From IMG/VR virus record IMGVR_UViG_3300025646_000058, positions 1-52,478 of that record: a stretch of 52,478 nt of DNA; one strand, given 5' to 3'. The position numbers were made by a program, and so were the translations under genes. The notes under the pieces are model-generated. The model was not told the origin of the DNA. It was given only the letters and a program-made list of their open reading frames with translations, and did not search any database. Source of the DNA: a virus. Its lineage: Duplodnaviria > Caudoviricetes. Positions within the stretch are counted from its first letter, which is position 1. Each line of letters starts with the position of its first letter. Positions 37,738-46,909 of this stretch are shown piece by piece.

Positions 37738-37750
37738 AGAAAAGTTATGA
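36992..37750 (+). CDS. DNA methyltransferase, N4/N6 beta class
   Basis: VTDPPY, HDTEKP, FEPFMGIGAT. Confidence 0.9.
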   Translation: MNKIFNDNAIAIMDRMIAKNYKVDLIVTDPPYKITARGNGGNSGGMFQKKEVNNGKIFKTNDLEIEDWLPRFYNILKDNSHCYIMTNNKNITNYLKVIDTMYFNGDKKQKFHFIKNLIWVKDNKIMGQTYMSQFEYVIMLRKGEHKKINDCGTSDVLQFPNKKMKGEDGKTIHDTEKPIDLMKVLIQNSSNENDIIFEPFMGIGATCIASLLSNRQYIGVELDEHYFKISEERLKKALDKVELDKYLKKEKL

Positions 37751-37992
37751 AAACAGCAATACAAGAATTAATAAAAGACTTAGAGTTAGAGATAAAAAAA
37801 TTAAACTCTAATCATAGAGATGAATATATGGAGCAAGGCGGTATAGAGAAAGCGATAGAATTATGTGAGCATTATATGACAAAAGAAAATGAACAAATAG
37901 AAAAAGCATTTGAAGAAGGTATGTTTCATCACTCAAACGGTTTAACCCCTAAAGAGTATTACCAAGAAACATACAATAACATAATACTATAA
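37747..37992 (+). CDS. Hypothetical protein
   Basis: MKTAIQELI..EQIEKAF..EYYQETY, common in Bacteroidota phages. Confidence 0.7.
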   Translation: MKTAIQELIKDLELEIKKLNSNHRDEYMEQGGIEKAIELCEHYMTKENEQIEKAFEEGMFHHSNGLTPKEYYQETYNNIIL

Positions 37993-37994
37993 AA

Positions 37995-38177
37995 ATGAAA
38001 CCACTAACACTAGAATACGCCACAGAAAACAACTTTACAGCGGTTGACTACGTGAAGTATTTTAAACCTGACTGGAGCGATGAAGCTTGTTTTGACCTAT
38101 TAATGGAAGAAACTAGCTACCCTTTTGACTTTGAAAGAATGATAAAACAGTTAAACAACAAATTTTGTGTGAAATGA
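37995..38177 (+). CDS. Hypothetical protein
   Basis: Operonic ORF. Confidence 0.6.
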   Translation: MKPLTLEYATENNFTAVDYVKYFKPDWSDEACFDLLMEETSYPFDFERMIKQLNNKFCVK

Positions 38178-38362
38178 AAGAACAATATTTCAAAATCTAC
38201 GATAACAACAATATCCTCGCATTAGTTAGTCCTACTATTGAAAGCGTTTATGATTACTTAATGGATATGCAAATGTTTGAAGATTTAAACCTTTGGAATA
38301 TGGAAGTGAATCAGGTAAAATGGTTAACTAATAGTTGGTATGTTAAAAAAGTAATGATTTAA
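38165..38362 (+). CDS. Hypothetical protein
   Basis: Operonic ORF; probable start at 38174. Confidence 0.55.
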   Translation: MCEMKEQYFKIYDNNNILALVSPTIESVYDYLMDMQMFEDLNLWNMEVNQVKWLTNSWYVKKVMI

Positions 38363-38373
38363 AAGAATAAGAC

Positions 38374-38757
38374 ATGAAGAAAAAAGATTTAATGGATTTT
38401 TTATTTTACCTTAACGATAAAGGATTAATAAATAACTATGATTTTGATTATGAAAAAGAAATACATAAATACTTAAACAAAGATAAGCACTCTAGAAAGC
38501 CTTTGTTGGATATATTTAATGAAGTGTGCAACAGATTAAACGTACACCCAAATGAAGTTAAAGGCAGAACTAGAGCAGAAGAATTTGTACGTGCTAGAAT
38601 AGTTTACACAATTATCGCCTTGACACACGAATACAGGTTACAACAAATAGGTAAACTAATTAACCGCCATCATTCAAGTATTATCCACTATAAATCAGAA
38701 TACGAAAATATTAACTATAATCCTAAACTTTTAAATGATTATCTAAAATGCGTGTAG
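38374..38757 (+). CDS. Stand-alone DnaA domain IV (Bac_DnaA_C)-like DNA-binding protein
   Basis: IFNEVC..LNVHPNEVKGRTR..FVRAR..LQQIGKLINRHHSSIIHY mirrors the DnaA K.R..V.PR..L..IG..RDHTTV.H pattern. Confidence 0.8.
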   Translation: MKKKDLMDFLFYLNDKGLINNYDFDYEKEIHKYLNKDKHSRKPLLDIFNEVCNRLNVHPNEVKGRTRAEEFVRARIVYTIIALTHEYRLQQIGKLINRHHSSIIHYKSEYENINYNPKLLNDYLKCV

Positions 38758-39044
38758 GTGATAAAGTAGTTTGTATCAATGATAGAATTGATCCAGACAA
38801 ATTAGAAGAAATTAAAAACGATTTTGAAAATTGGATTGTAAAAGGAGAAGTTTACACAATTAGAGAAATCCTAGACAACGATGGAATAGTACCAGCACTA
38901 TTATTAGAAGAGGTACACAATTTTCCTAAATTCTTTAAATTAATTAATAGAGTACAAGAACCTGCATTTGCAACTTGGAGGTTTAGCAAATTTGAAATGC
39001 TAAAAGAGGAAATGAAGCTTGTTGACCATGAAGCTTATTGTTAG
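38748..39044 (+). CDS. Conserved phage hypothetical protein
   Basis: VGDKVVCIND..KGEVYTIRE..F..RF pattern. Confidence 0.7.
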   Translation: MRVGDKVVCINDRIDPDKLEEIKNDFENWIVKGEVYTIREILDNDGIVPALLLEEVHNFPKFFKLINRVQEPAFATWRFSKFEMLKEEMKLVDHEAYC

Positions 39045-39138
39045 ATAAAATCTATTAAAAACAAAATAAAATAGATAAATAATATATAAAATTATTTTAT
39101 TTTTAGAAACAAATTAAGTAACTTTGAAAAAAAATACA

Positions 39139-39345
39139 ATGAAAAAAGTAAACGAAAAATTACCAGATTTAATTAAGTTCCTTGAACAGCCAGGTATAAA
39201 CAGGAATGGTTTATTTAGGGAAATAGGAATTAGGCGTGAATTAGTTGATGTAGTTATACGCAGAGGAAAATTAACAGAGAAGTTTTATTTAAGGATATTA
39301 CCACAGTTAGAAAAGTATGGATACAAAGATACCGAAAACAATTAA
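39139..39345 (+). CDS. Small possible DNA-binding protein
   Basis: INRNGLFREIGI; ATG at 39139 preferred because TAACTTTG at 39119-39126 looks like a -7 element. Confidence 0.55.
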   Translation: MKKVNEKLPDLIKFLEQPGINRNGLFREIGIRRELVDVVIRRGKLTEKFYLRILPQLEKYGYKDTENN

Positions 39346-39517
39346 GGATTGTGAAACTTATGAGGATTACTTTGTTTGGTTACAATTAAATGTTCCTCAC
39401 TATGTTTCACCACAAAGATTACAAGGTAATCAACACGTTAAAGTATTTAAGACACCAACAACAAGAAGAAAAATGTGTGAGATGCTTGCACAATTATTAC
39501 ATGAACAATTAAAATAA
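39317..39517 (+). CDS. Hypothetical protein
   Basis: Operonic ORF. Confidence 0.55.
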   Translation: MDTKIPKTIKDCETYEDYFVWLQLNVPHYVSPQRLQGNQHVKVFKTPTTRRKMCEMLAQLLHEQLK

Positions 39518-39518
39518 T

Positions 39519-40169
39519 ATGAAGAAGGCAATTGTGTATATAAGAGTTTCAACTGATGACCAAGCTAATTCGGTTGAGATGCAAGAAGAAAAGTGTGTAG
39601 CATACTGTAATTTTCATGGCTACACAATTGATGGCGTTATCAAAGATATAAACATATCAGGAAGCAGTAAACTATTCACTAGAGAGGGAGGTAAACAACT
39701 TAAAAGTATTAAAGATGTAAATATTATTACATTAAAGCTAGATAGGATGTTTAGGAATGTTCTAGATTGTTTAAATTCTTTGGATCATTTCACAGAGAAT
39801 AATTGTGCATTGACCTTTGTTGATATGGGAGGTATGAGTATGGATACCTCAAGTTCTTTAGGTAGGTGGTTTATTACTATGCTTTCAAGCTTTAGTGAGT
39901 TGGAGCGTAATATTATTGCAGAGCGTACTACTTCGGTTTTAAGGAGTAAAAAAAGTAGAGGTGAGCAATACAATGGTACAGCACTATTTGGCTTTAAATA
40001 CGTGGATAAAAAGATAGTTGAAAGTGAGGATATTGAAATAGTTAAGGATATAATCGCAAGGTTAAAGCGTAAAGAAAAAAAAGCGGATATTTGTAGGGTA
40101 CACAATTTGCCGAATTTTAAGAAGATTTACAACATACAGAAAAGAGAAGAATATAAATACCTTTGGTAA
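39519..40169 (+). CDS. Serine recombinase, resolvase/invertase family
   Basis: YIRVSTDDQ catalytic Ser, KLDRMFRN, SELERNIIAERT. Confidence 0.92.
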   Translation: MKKAIVYIRVSTDDQANSVEMQEEKCVAYCNFHGYTIDGVIKDINISGSSKLFTREGGKQLKSIKDVNIITLKLDRMFRNVLDCLNSLDHFTENNCALTFVDMGGMSMDTSSSLGRWFITMLSSFSELERNIIAERTTSVLRSKKSRGEQYNGTALFGFKYVDKKIVESEDIEIVKDIIARLKRKEKKADICRVHNLPNFKKIYNIQKREEYKYLW

Positions 40170-42238
40170 TGATTGAATATATAAAAAAAATACAAGCACT
40201 AGGCTACACAATTTTCCCACTAAACAGGAATAAAGAACCTAACTTTAAAAAAGGAGGTGTCATTAATACCTATTCATGGGCAGATTTTAATCATACTAAT
40301 CCGTTTCCATTAAATGATGAAACAGAAAAGCTATTTATATACTTAGGGGTATCTTGTGGTAAAGCTTCAAACAATTTAGAGGTTATTGATGTTGATTGTA
40401 AGTATGAATTAAATCAGGATTTATGGAAAGAGTATTCGGAGTTGTTGAAAGATAATTTATCAGAGGAAACCTATTCCAAATTGTGCATCATTAAGACTGT
40501 TAACAACGGTTACCATATCTATTACAAATGTGGTGTAATTGAAGGTAATAAAAAACTTGCACAAAGAAGTTTTACTAAGGAAGAAAAAAACGCTTTGTTT
40601 TTACAGTTAAAAGCTGATGGAGTTGAAAAGGAAAAAGCTATAAATACTTGTAATAGTAAACGTGCAACGTTAATTGAAACTAGAGGAGAAGGTGGTTATG
40701 TTGCAACATACCCTAGTGATGGCTACACAATTATACAAGGAAGCTTTGAAACAATACCTACCATTACAGAAGAGGATAGAGATATTATCATGTGTTGTGC
40801 TAAGGCAATGGACTTAATGGAAGAGGAAACAATAATTGAGAAAAAAGTTTCCTTACCTGTTTGGGAAGAAGGTAAAAAGCCTTGGGATGCCTACAACGAA
40901 CAAACTACTGCTTCTGATATGGCTGATTTGTTTACTCGTAATGGCTACACAATTACTAAACGTATTAAAAATAAAATCTACATCAAACGACCAGGAGGTA
41001 AATCACAATCAGGAAACATTAAAGAAGATGTTAAACTGTTTGTAGCTCATTCAAGCAATACGCCCTTTGAAGTTGGTAAAGGTTATCCTGCATCAGGAGT
41101 ATTTGCGGTACTAGAATGTGGTGGTGATTTTTCACTAGCAGGTAAGAAGTTACTTGAAATGGGATATGGTGATAAACCTAAAAAGAAGTTATCAAATGAT
41201 TTTGAGATTTTATCTGAAACGTTTGAGCCTGAAAAATATGTCGCTAAAACTAATAAAAATAAGGAACAGATTGAGAAGTTTTTACGTGGTGAATATGCAA
41301 TGGGTTTATCAACTGGGTATGAATCATTAGATGAATACTATATGTTTAAGCAAGGTAAATTTGATGTGTTTTTAGGACATGAGAATATAGGTAAATCTAC
41401 AATACTTTGGTATATGTGTGTACTTGCTAATATCTTGCACAATTGGAAATGTATAATCTACTCAACAGAAAACGATGCTTGGGTAGTACAGAAACAAATG
41501 ATGGAATTTTTAGTAGGTAAAAAAATGAGTTTGTTTACTGAAAAGGAAAAAGAGATTTCTTACGAATGGTTCGATAAAAACTTTGTGATAATTGAAAATG
41601 AAAAGTTATTAGCGTATAACCAAATACTACAAGTTGCTGAATCGTTTTTACTAAAGGGCGAATATCAGGTATTGATGATAGATCCATACAACACTTTATC
41701 ATACAATTGGGAAGGATTAGATAGGCGCATGGGGTTACACGAATATCATCACCACGTGGCTACACAATTCAAACAATGGAGCAAAAACATAAATTGCAGT
41801 ATATGGTTAAATATGCACCCAGTAACAGATGCGTTAAGAACAGTAGAGGCATCAGGAGATTTTAAAGGATTAAGAAAACCTCCTATTTCTTCACAAGCAG
41901 AAGGTGGTGGTAAATGGGTAGCTAAAGCTGATAACTTTGTAGTATTACACCGTTATACTAAACACCAAACTGAAAATAACGTAACGTTTTTTGATGTGCA
42001 TAAAGTAAAAGAAACCTTTACTGGTGGTAAACCAATGATAGATGGTAATGCTTTTAAATTAAGATTAACTAACTATGGAGGTTTTATAGGTTTTTTTGAT
42101 GAACAAAATAGAAATCCTTTATTGGGTATATTCAAAAAAAGGTTTATCTTTGGGGAGCAAATGGAAATTAAAGAAGAAATTGAAGAAAAGCCTAAAAGTA
42201 GATTATCTAAATGGACTGATATAACAGCTCCTTTCTAA
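40163..42238 (+). CDS. Prim-pol primase fused to SF4 (DnaB-like) helicase
   Basis: LEVIDVD, GYHIYY, IETRGEGGYV; Walker A GHENIGKS, Walker B MIDPYN, NMHP. Confidence 0.88.
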   Translation: MVMIEYIKKIQALGYTIFPLNRNKEPNFKKGGVINTYSWADFNHTNPFPLNDETEKLFIYLGVSCGKASNNLEVIDVDCKYELNQDLWKEYSELLKDNLSEETYSKLCIIKTVNNGYHIYYKCGVIEGNKKLAQRSFTKEEKNALFLQLKADGVEKEKAINTCNSKRATLIETRGEGGYVATYPSDGYTIIQGSFETIPTITEEDRDIIMCCAKAMDLMEEETIIEKKVSLPVWEEGKKPWDAYNEQTTASDMADLFTRNGYTITKRIKNKIYIKRPGGKSQSGNIKEDVKLFVAHSSNTPFEVGKGYPASGVFAVLECGGDFSLAGKKLLEMGYGDKPKKKLSNDFEILSETFEPEKYVAKTNKNKEQIEKFLRGEYAMGLSTGYESLDEYYMFKQGKFDVFLGHENIGKSTILWYMCVLANILHNWKCIIYSTENDAWVVQKQMMEFLVGKKMSLFTEKEKEISYEWFDKNFVIIENEKLLAYNQILQVAESFLLKGEYQVLMIDPYNTLSYNWEGLDRRMGLHEYHHHVATQFKQWSKNINCSIWLNMHPVTDALRTVEASGDFKGLRKPPISSQAEGGGKWVAKADNFVVLHRYTKHQTENNVTFFDVHKVKETFTGGKPMIDGNAFKLRLTNYGGFIGFFDEQNRNPLLGIFKKRFIFGEQMEIKEEIEEKPKSRLSKWTDITAPF

Positions 42239-42277
42239 AAATAAATAAATCAAGTAATAACTAAATCAAATCAAACA

Positions 42278-42934
42278 ATGGCTAGAGGAAATCAGCAAGA
42301 CAACTACACTAACTTTTATGTAAAGTTGGTAGGATTGAAAAAAGGAAGCAAAGAATGTTTCTTTGAATTTAAACAAAAAAAGGGCGACAAGTACGAAGTT
42401 GTTGATAAGCAACAAACTTTTGAAGGCTTGCTAGAAACTATCAAAGTTAAAGAAATTGAGCATGAAGGTAAGAAAAAACCTGTGTTAGAAATTATCCTGC
42501 GTGATGATATTGCAGCAGAAAGATATTTCTTGAATATGGGTATGAGTAATATTTCAAGGCAATTAATTTCTTGCTTACATTCAGCAGAAAGCTTAAACCA
42601 TTTATCATTCTGGACTAAAATGGGAGATAATGGTTTTCCCATCCTAGTAACTAAAGCCAATAATAGTAGTGATAAACTACAATGGGGTTTAGATATGAAA
42701 GAGTTATCTGCTAAGTATGTTACTGAACATAAAGTAGGTGATGATATTATCAGAGTGTATAAGGAGTTGGATAACTACTTATTAACGCAAATTTTACCTG
42801 GTGTCATATCTAAAATTGTGCAACAACCTAAAGCAAGTATAATGACTGTTAAAGATAGTGTACCTGCGGAAGTTGTAAAGCCTAATGTTTATGAGGCTAG
42901 TGAAGAAGAAGGTGATGATGATTTACCATTTTAA
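42278..42934 (+). CDS. Single-stranded DNA-binding-like protein
   Basis: Acidic C-terminal DDDLPF tail; replication module position. Confidence 0.65.
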   Translation: MARGNQQDNYTNFYVKLVGLKKGSKECFFEFKQKKGDKYEVVDKQQTFEGLLETIKVKEIEHEGKKKPVLEIILRDDIAAERYFLNMGMSNISRQLISCLHSAESLNHLSFWTKMGDNGFPILVTKANNSSDKLQWGLDMKELSAKYVTEHKVGDDIIRVYKELDNYLLTQILPGVISKIVQQPKASIMTVKDSVPAEVVKPNVYEASEEEGDDDLPF

Positions 42935-42941
42935 TTAATAC

Positions 42942-42957
42942 TGCCCCTTCGGGGGCA
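42942..42957 (+). terminator. cUUCGg hairpin (weak terminator or stabiliser)
   Basis: TGCCCC-TTCG-GGGGCA with only a short T tail. Confidence 0.6.
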
Positions 42958-42964
42958 TTATACT

Positions 42965-43231
42965 ATGGAAATATATCCTGACCTAAAGATAGTTGAAACA
43001 GACAATTCATTTGAACTATCAACGCACGTAAGATTGTTTTATAAAGGTGAAAGCTATTTAACCTATGTATTTGAACAAGTATTTTTTGATAATGATGGGA
43101 AATTAGCAAGAAAACATTGTTTACAAAGCTTTATAAATACAATTGATTTGGTGCATACACAATTGGAAATCACAGAACAATTAATAACTAAAGAAATAGT
43201 AATAAAAGAAAATGGAAAAGGCAAAGATTAA
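42965..43231 (+). CDS. Hypothetical protein
   Basis: Operonic ORF. Confidence 0.6.
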   Translation: MEIYPDLKIVETDNSFELSTHVRLFYKGESYLTYVFEQVFFDNDGKLARKHCLQSFINTIDLVHTQLEITEQLITKEIVIKENGKGKD

Positions 43232-43613
43232 CCAGATTTATTTGGATAGCTTTAAAGATGCTAAACAAACACACTTTGATTTGATATGGGATTTAATCCA
43301 TAGTACAAACAAGGAACAAGATTATCGCATATTTGTTGATGATTTTAATTCAATATTGGAACGTAACTTTAAGTATGCAGACCAAAAGGCACAAAGGCAG
43401 TTTAAATCATTAAGAAAAGCAGGTTACACTTCGGAGGATGATATAAAAGTGTTTAAAGCATTAAAAGATGATCCATTTCATTCCGAATGTGATTACAGAT
43501 TTTGTACTCCTGAATATATTACACGCATGAATATATATGAAAAGTACAGAAACCAGTACAGAGAAGTAAAGAAAATTAATCCAAGTGAAATTAAAGCAAA
43601 TCCTTTTAGATAA
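43212..43613 (+). CDS. Hypothetical, replication-organiser C-terminal-like
   Basis: GYTSEDDIK..DPFH..TPEYITR..EKY pattern. Confidence 0.55.
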   Translation: MEKAKINQIYLDSFKDAKQTHFDLIWDLIHSTNKEQDYRIFVDDFNSILERNFKYADQKAQRQFKSLRKAGYTSEDDIKVFKALKDDPFHSECDYRFCTPEYITRMNIYEKYRNQYREVKKINPSEIKANPFR

Positions 43614-43915
43614 TGAATACAGACTTATTATTTGACCTTATAGTAGCATGGGGTAAAGAACGTGGCATTTTAGATAAAGCTACGGTGCGTACACAATTTG
43701 AAAAATTAATGGAAGAAGTATTAGAATTACACGAAGCCATAGTAACCGATAACGAAAAAGAATTTAAAGATGCTGTGGGTGATTGTGTAGTGGTATTAAC
43801 GCTTCTTTGTAAGTTAAAGGGGGTTGATATTAATAATTGTGTAAACATCGCATACAACGTAATTAAGGAGCGTACAGGTAAAATGGTTAATGGTACTTTT
43901 GTAAAGGATAAGTAA
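43613..43915 (+). CDS. MazG-like nucleotide pyrophosphohydrolase
   Basis: KLMEEVLEL and KDAVGDCVVVL, AYNVIKERTGKMVNGTFVKD. Confidence 0.88.
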   Translation: MNTDLLFDLIVAWGKERGILDKATVRTQFEKLMEEVLELHEAIVTDNEKEFKDAVGDCVVVLTLLCKLKGVDINNCVNIAYNVIKERTGKMVNGTFVKDK

Positions 43916-44118
43916 TGGATATAGCGTATATTTATACCAATGGTGAAGATACTAAAGTTTTTGGTTCGGAGCTTACACAATTAGACCACGACAACCTAAC
44001 CGAAAACGATTACCATTTAACTGCTTCTATACATACAGTTGAGCTAATTAGAAAATTGTGCAACGTTGAAAATAAAGAACGACACCAAATAATTGATAAA
44101 CTATTTAAGCATATATAG
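43915..44118 (+). CDS. Hypothetical protein
   Basis: Translationally coupled ORF. Confidence 0.6.
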   Translation: MDIAYIYTNGEDTKVFGSELTQLDHDNLTENDYHLTASIHTVELIRKLCNVENKERHQIIDKLFKHI

Positions 44119-44215
44119 ACTAAATCTATTAACGCTTTATTATTGATAGAAACAATCAATTAAAAACCTTGCACAATTTAAAATAGTAACCTTAATTTAG
44201 TAAAAAAAATAAACA

Positions 44216-45331
44216 ATGAAAGATTTTCCAAAAGAATTGGCGCACCTTACACAATATGCTAAATACTGCAAAAAACTAAAGGAAGGAGTATATGGCTTTT
44301 TTATTAATCAGTTTAATCCTGATGGCACAAAGAACATAGACTGGTATGAATTTAGAAAAAACACTTTAGGTGCTTCTGAAACTGCAACTGCTTGTGAAGG
44401 TGGTTATGATGAGTATGGAGTAAGAGCTAAATTGTTTTGGAGTAAAGTAGGTGCTAAATTTCCTGAAATAAAATCTAAATTTACCTTTTGGGGGTTAGAA
44501 TTAGAACGTAATGTTGCTAATGCTTGGAAGTATTATGATGGCTCGGAAGAAGGGTATATCGATAATAGATACAACGCAAATGTTATTCGTGAATTTCAAG
44601 ATTTAAACTGTTATGCTATTAATATTAAGTATCCTTATCTTTCTGCATCTTTTGACTTTCTTGTACCAGAAGGGCAAGTAAATCCATTTAGTGGTGAGGT
44701 TGTGAATTTTTCGTATCCTTTAGAGATTAAAACTATCTCTTTAGCTGCTGCTGAAAAGTACGAAACAGGATTGCCTGTTAGATACATATTCCAAACTCAC
44801 CAACAAATGATTATCTGGGAATGTGATTACTGTGAGATTGCTGCACTAAAAGGTGGTACTGATTTTCAAGTTTACCCTATTAAAATGGTTGATAGTGTAA
44901 AGGAAATGGTATTGAAAGAAACTAAGGAGTTTTGGGATTTAGTTGTTGAAGCTAGACCTATTTACAATGAGTTAGAAATAACTTTTGATAATGATAAAAA
45001 ACAACAATTAAGAGAGCAATTAGATAACTTAGAACCTGAACCTGAACAAAATAAAGGTTACGAGGATTTTTGGAAAGAAAAATATAAGGAAGGTAGTATT
45101 GCTAAAGAATTAGTTGGTACTGATGATGATTTCCAAATTGCTGTTGCTTATAAAGATATTCTTGAAGAAGAAAAGGAATTATCAACTAAAAAACAATTAA
45201 TTAAAAATCACTTGCTTTATATTATGAAAGATTATGAGGAACTTACTTTTGGTGATAAAGGTAGGGTAGTACATAGAAATAATCCAGGTAGTAGAGCTTA
45301 TTTTGGAGTTAACATTAAGAATTATAAGTAG
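44216..45331 (+). CDS. YqaJ/lambda-exonuclease-like recombinase
   Basis: W..FRKNTLGASE, WGLELE, YPYLSASFD, LEIKT, Y.FQ..QQM. Confidence 0.88.
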   Translation: MKDFPKELAHLTQYAKYCKKLKEGVYGFFINQFNPDGTKNIDWYEFRKNTLGASETATACEGGYDEYGVRAKLFWSKVGAKFPEIKSKFTFWGLELERNVANAWKYYDGSEEGYIDNRYNANVIREFQDLNCYAINIKYPYLSASFDFLVPEGQVNPFSGEVVNFSYPLEIKTISLAAAEKYETGLPVRYIFQTHQQMIIWECDYCEIAALKGGTDFQVYPIKMVDSVKEMVLKETKEFWDLVVEARPIYNELEITFDNDKKQQLREQLDNLEPEPEQNKGYEDFWKEKYKEGSIAKELVGTDDDFQIAVAYKDILEEEKELSTKKQLIKNHLLYIMKDYEELTFGDKGRVVHRNNPGSRAYFGVNIKNYK

Positions 45332-45597
45332 TGAGATTTAAAATAGGCGACAAGGTAAGGATAGTTAATTACGGATCTAAATTAAAAATCCGTAAAGATG
45401 AATACAAAGATTTATCAATAACATTTCCTATCATTAAAGAAGAAGGTGATTTTTACATTACAGATATGAGTAGAGAAAAAATAGGTAAGGAAACTATTAT
45501 AACAAAAGTATCTGATGGGCAATACGCTACTGAATTAGTTTCATGGCTTAATGATAACCAATTAGAATTAGTAAACGATACACAATTAGATATATGA
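45331..45597 (+). CDS. Hypothetical protein (KOW/SH3-like)
   Basis: FKIGDKVRI start; GTG start coupled to the upstream stop. Confidence 0.6.
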   Translation: MRFKIGDKVRIVNYGSKLKIRKDEYKDLSITFPIIKEEGDFYITDMSREKIGKETIITKVSDGQYATELVSWLNDNQLELVNDTQLDI

Positions 45598-45860
45598 AAA
45601 TAACAATGCCAGACAACAAGGAGTATGATGTAAACATATACTTTACTGTTAGAATGAATGGTTACGGTAGTTGGAAGATAACTGCAAATTGTGGTGATAA
45701 CGAAAAGACTATTACAACCAACAAAATGTACCTTATAGAAGGTATATACACTACTAATAAACCTAAAGATGAATACATATATGATTCATTTAAAAGTGAA
45801 TTTGAAGGGTGGCTTTGGTTTATATTAGATAAAAACTCAATAGGTAATTTTAAAAACTAA
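45594..45860 (+). CDS. Hypothetical protein
   Basis: Operonic ORF. Confidence 0.6.
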   Translation: MKITMPDNKEYDVNIYFTVRMNGYGSWKITANCGDNEKTITTNKMYLIEGIYTTNKPKDEYIYDSFKSEFEGWLWFILDKNSIGNFKN

Positions 45861-45863
45861 AAA

Positions 45864-46568
45864 ATGGACAAAGATTTTAATCAAAAATACAAAAAAGTTA
45901 AACAACGTATTGTTGAACTAAAAGAACAAAAATTATGGGATGATGTTAATATCAACACCGAAATAGTTAAGATTGATAAAAAACTAGATAGCGTTAATAA
46001 AGAAAAGCTATACGCTATTGTTAAAGCTACGGTTGAAATTGGTGGTAAATCATTTACTGCACACGCAATGGAAACAGAAGGAGTTGGTGATATTAACTAC
46101 CTACACTTTATCGAAAATGCTGAAACTTCTGCTGTGGGTAGAGCTTTATCATTTGCAGGTATCAAAGATGAAGAAACTACTGATATTGCCTCTAAAGAAG
46201 AAATAGAAACTGCAAAAGAGCAATTAAAGGATGTGAACATTGAAAAGCGTAAAGAAGTTGCACAAAACTTAATTGAGCAAACTTTACAAAAGAAACAATT
46301 AGGTATTACTGATGTAGTAAAACCTAAACAAGTTAAGTTTGATGAAAGTAACATACCAGTATTTGCTGAATTAGGAAATAATAGTATCAGACCTAAAGCA
46401 GAGAGAGAAAAGATTATTACGTGGCTTAAATCTGTAAAGAAGTTTGATGAGAATGTACTTATAGGTGCTTTGATTGCTTCGGAAATGAGTATTAAGTTTA
46501 AATCATTTAATGAATTAATCAATAAAGGATCATACCAAGATATTTTAAACACTTTTAAACATTTATAA
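45864..46568 (+). CDS. Rad52/Sak-like single-strand annealing protein
   Basis: TAHAME..IN..IENAETSAVGRALSFAGI; near the YqaJ exonuclease. Confidence 0.7.
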   Translation: MDKDFNQKYKKVKQRIVELKEQKLWDDVNINTEIVKIDKKLDSVNKEKLYAIVKATVEIGGKSFTAHAMETEGVGDINYLHFIENAETSAVGRALSFAGIKDEETTDIASKEEIETAKEQLKDVNIEKRKEVAQNLIEQTLQKKQLGITDVVKPKQVKFDESNIPVFAELGNNSIRPKAEREKIITWLKSVKKFDENVLIGALIASEMSIKFKSFNELINKGSYQDILNTFKHL

Positions 46569-46909
46569 TGGAAAAGGAAGAATTTGTTTCTATAATGAAC
46601 AGTATTGAAAAGCATTATAGACAATACCAAAACAAAACCAATGTATTATCTACACAATTAGGTGGTAATATAGATTTTATCGGTGGTGAATTTGTTGATA
46701 TTGTAGTTAGAACATTACAGCAAGTATTTCCTCCTTACATTGATAAAGATGGTAAAGTACACTGCACAATTGAATACTATATGTACGATTTAGATTTTGG
46801 TAAACGTACAGACTTATCTATTACACATATAGATAATGGAGTTGAAAATAAAATATTATTAACTGATGCAGGTAAGCTGTATGATTACTTAACTACTTAT
46901 GGAGTATAA
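46568..46909 (+). CDS. Hypothetical protein
   Basis: IEYYMYDLDFG..LYDYL. Confidence 0.65.
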   Translation: MEKEEFVSIMNSIEKHYRQYQNKTNVLSTQLGGNIDFIGGEFVDIVVRTLQQVFPPYIDKDGKVHCTIEYYMYDLDFGKRTDLSITHIDNGVENKILLTDAGKLYDYLTTYGV

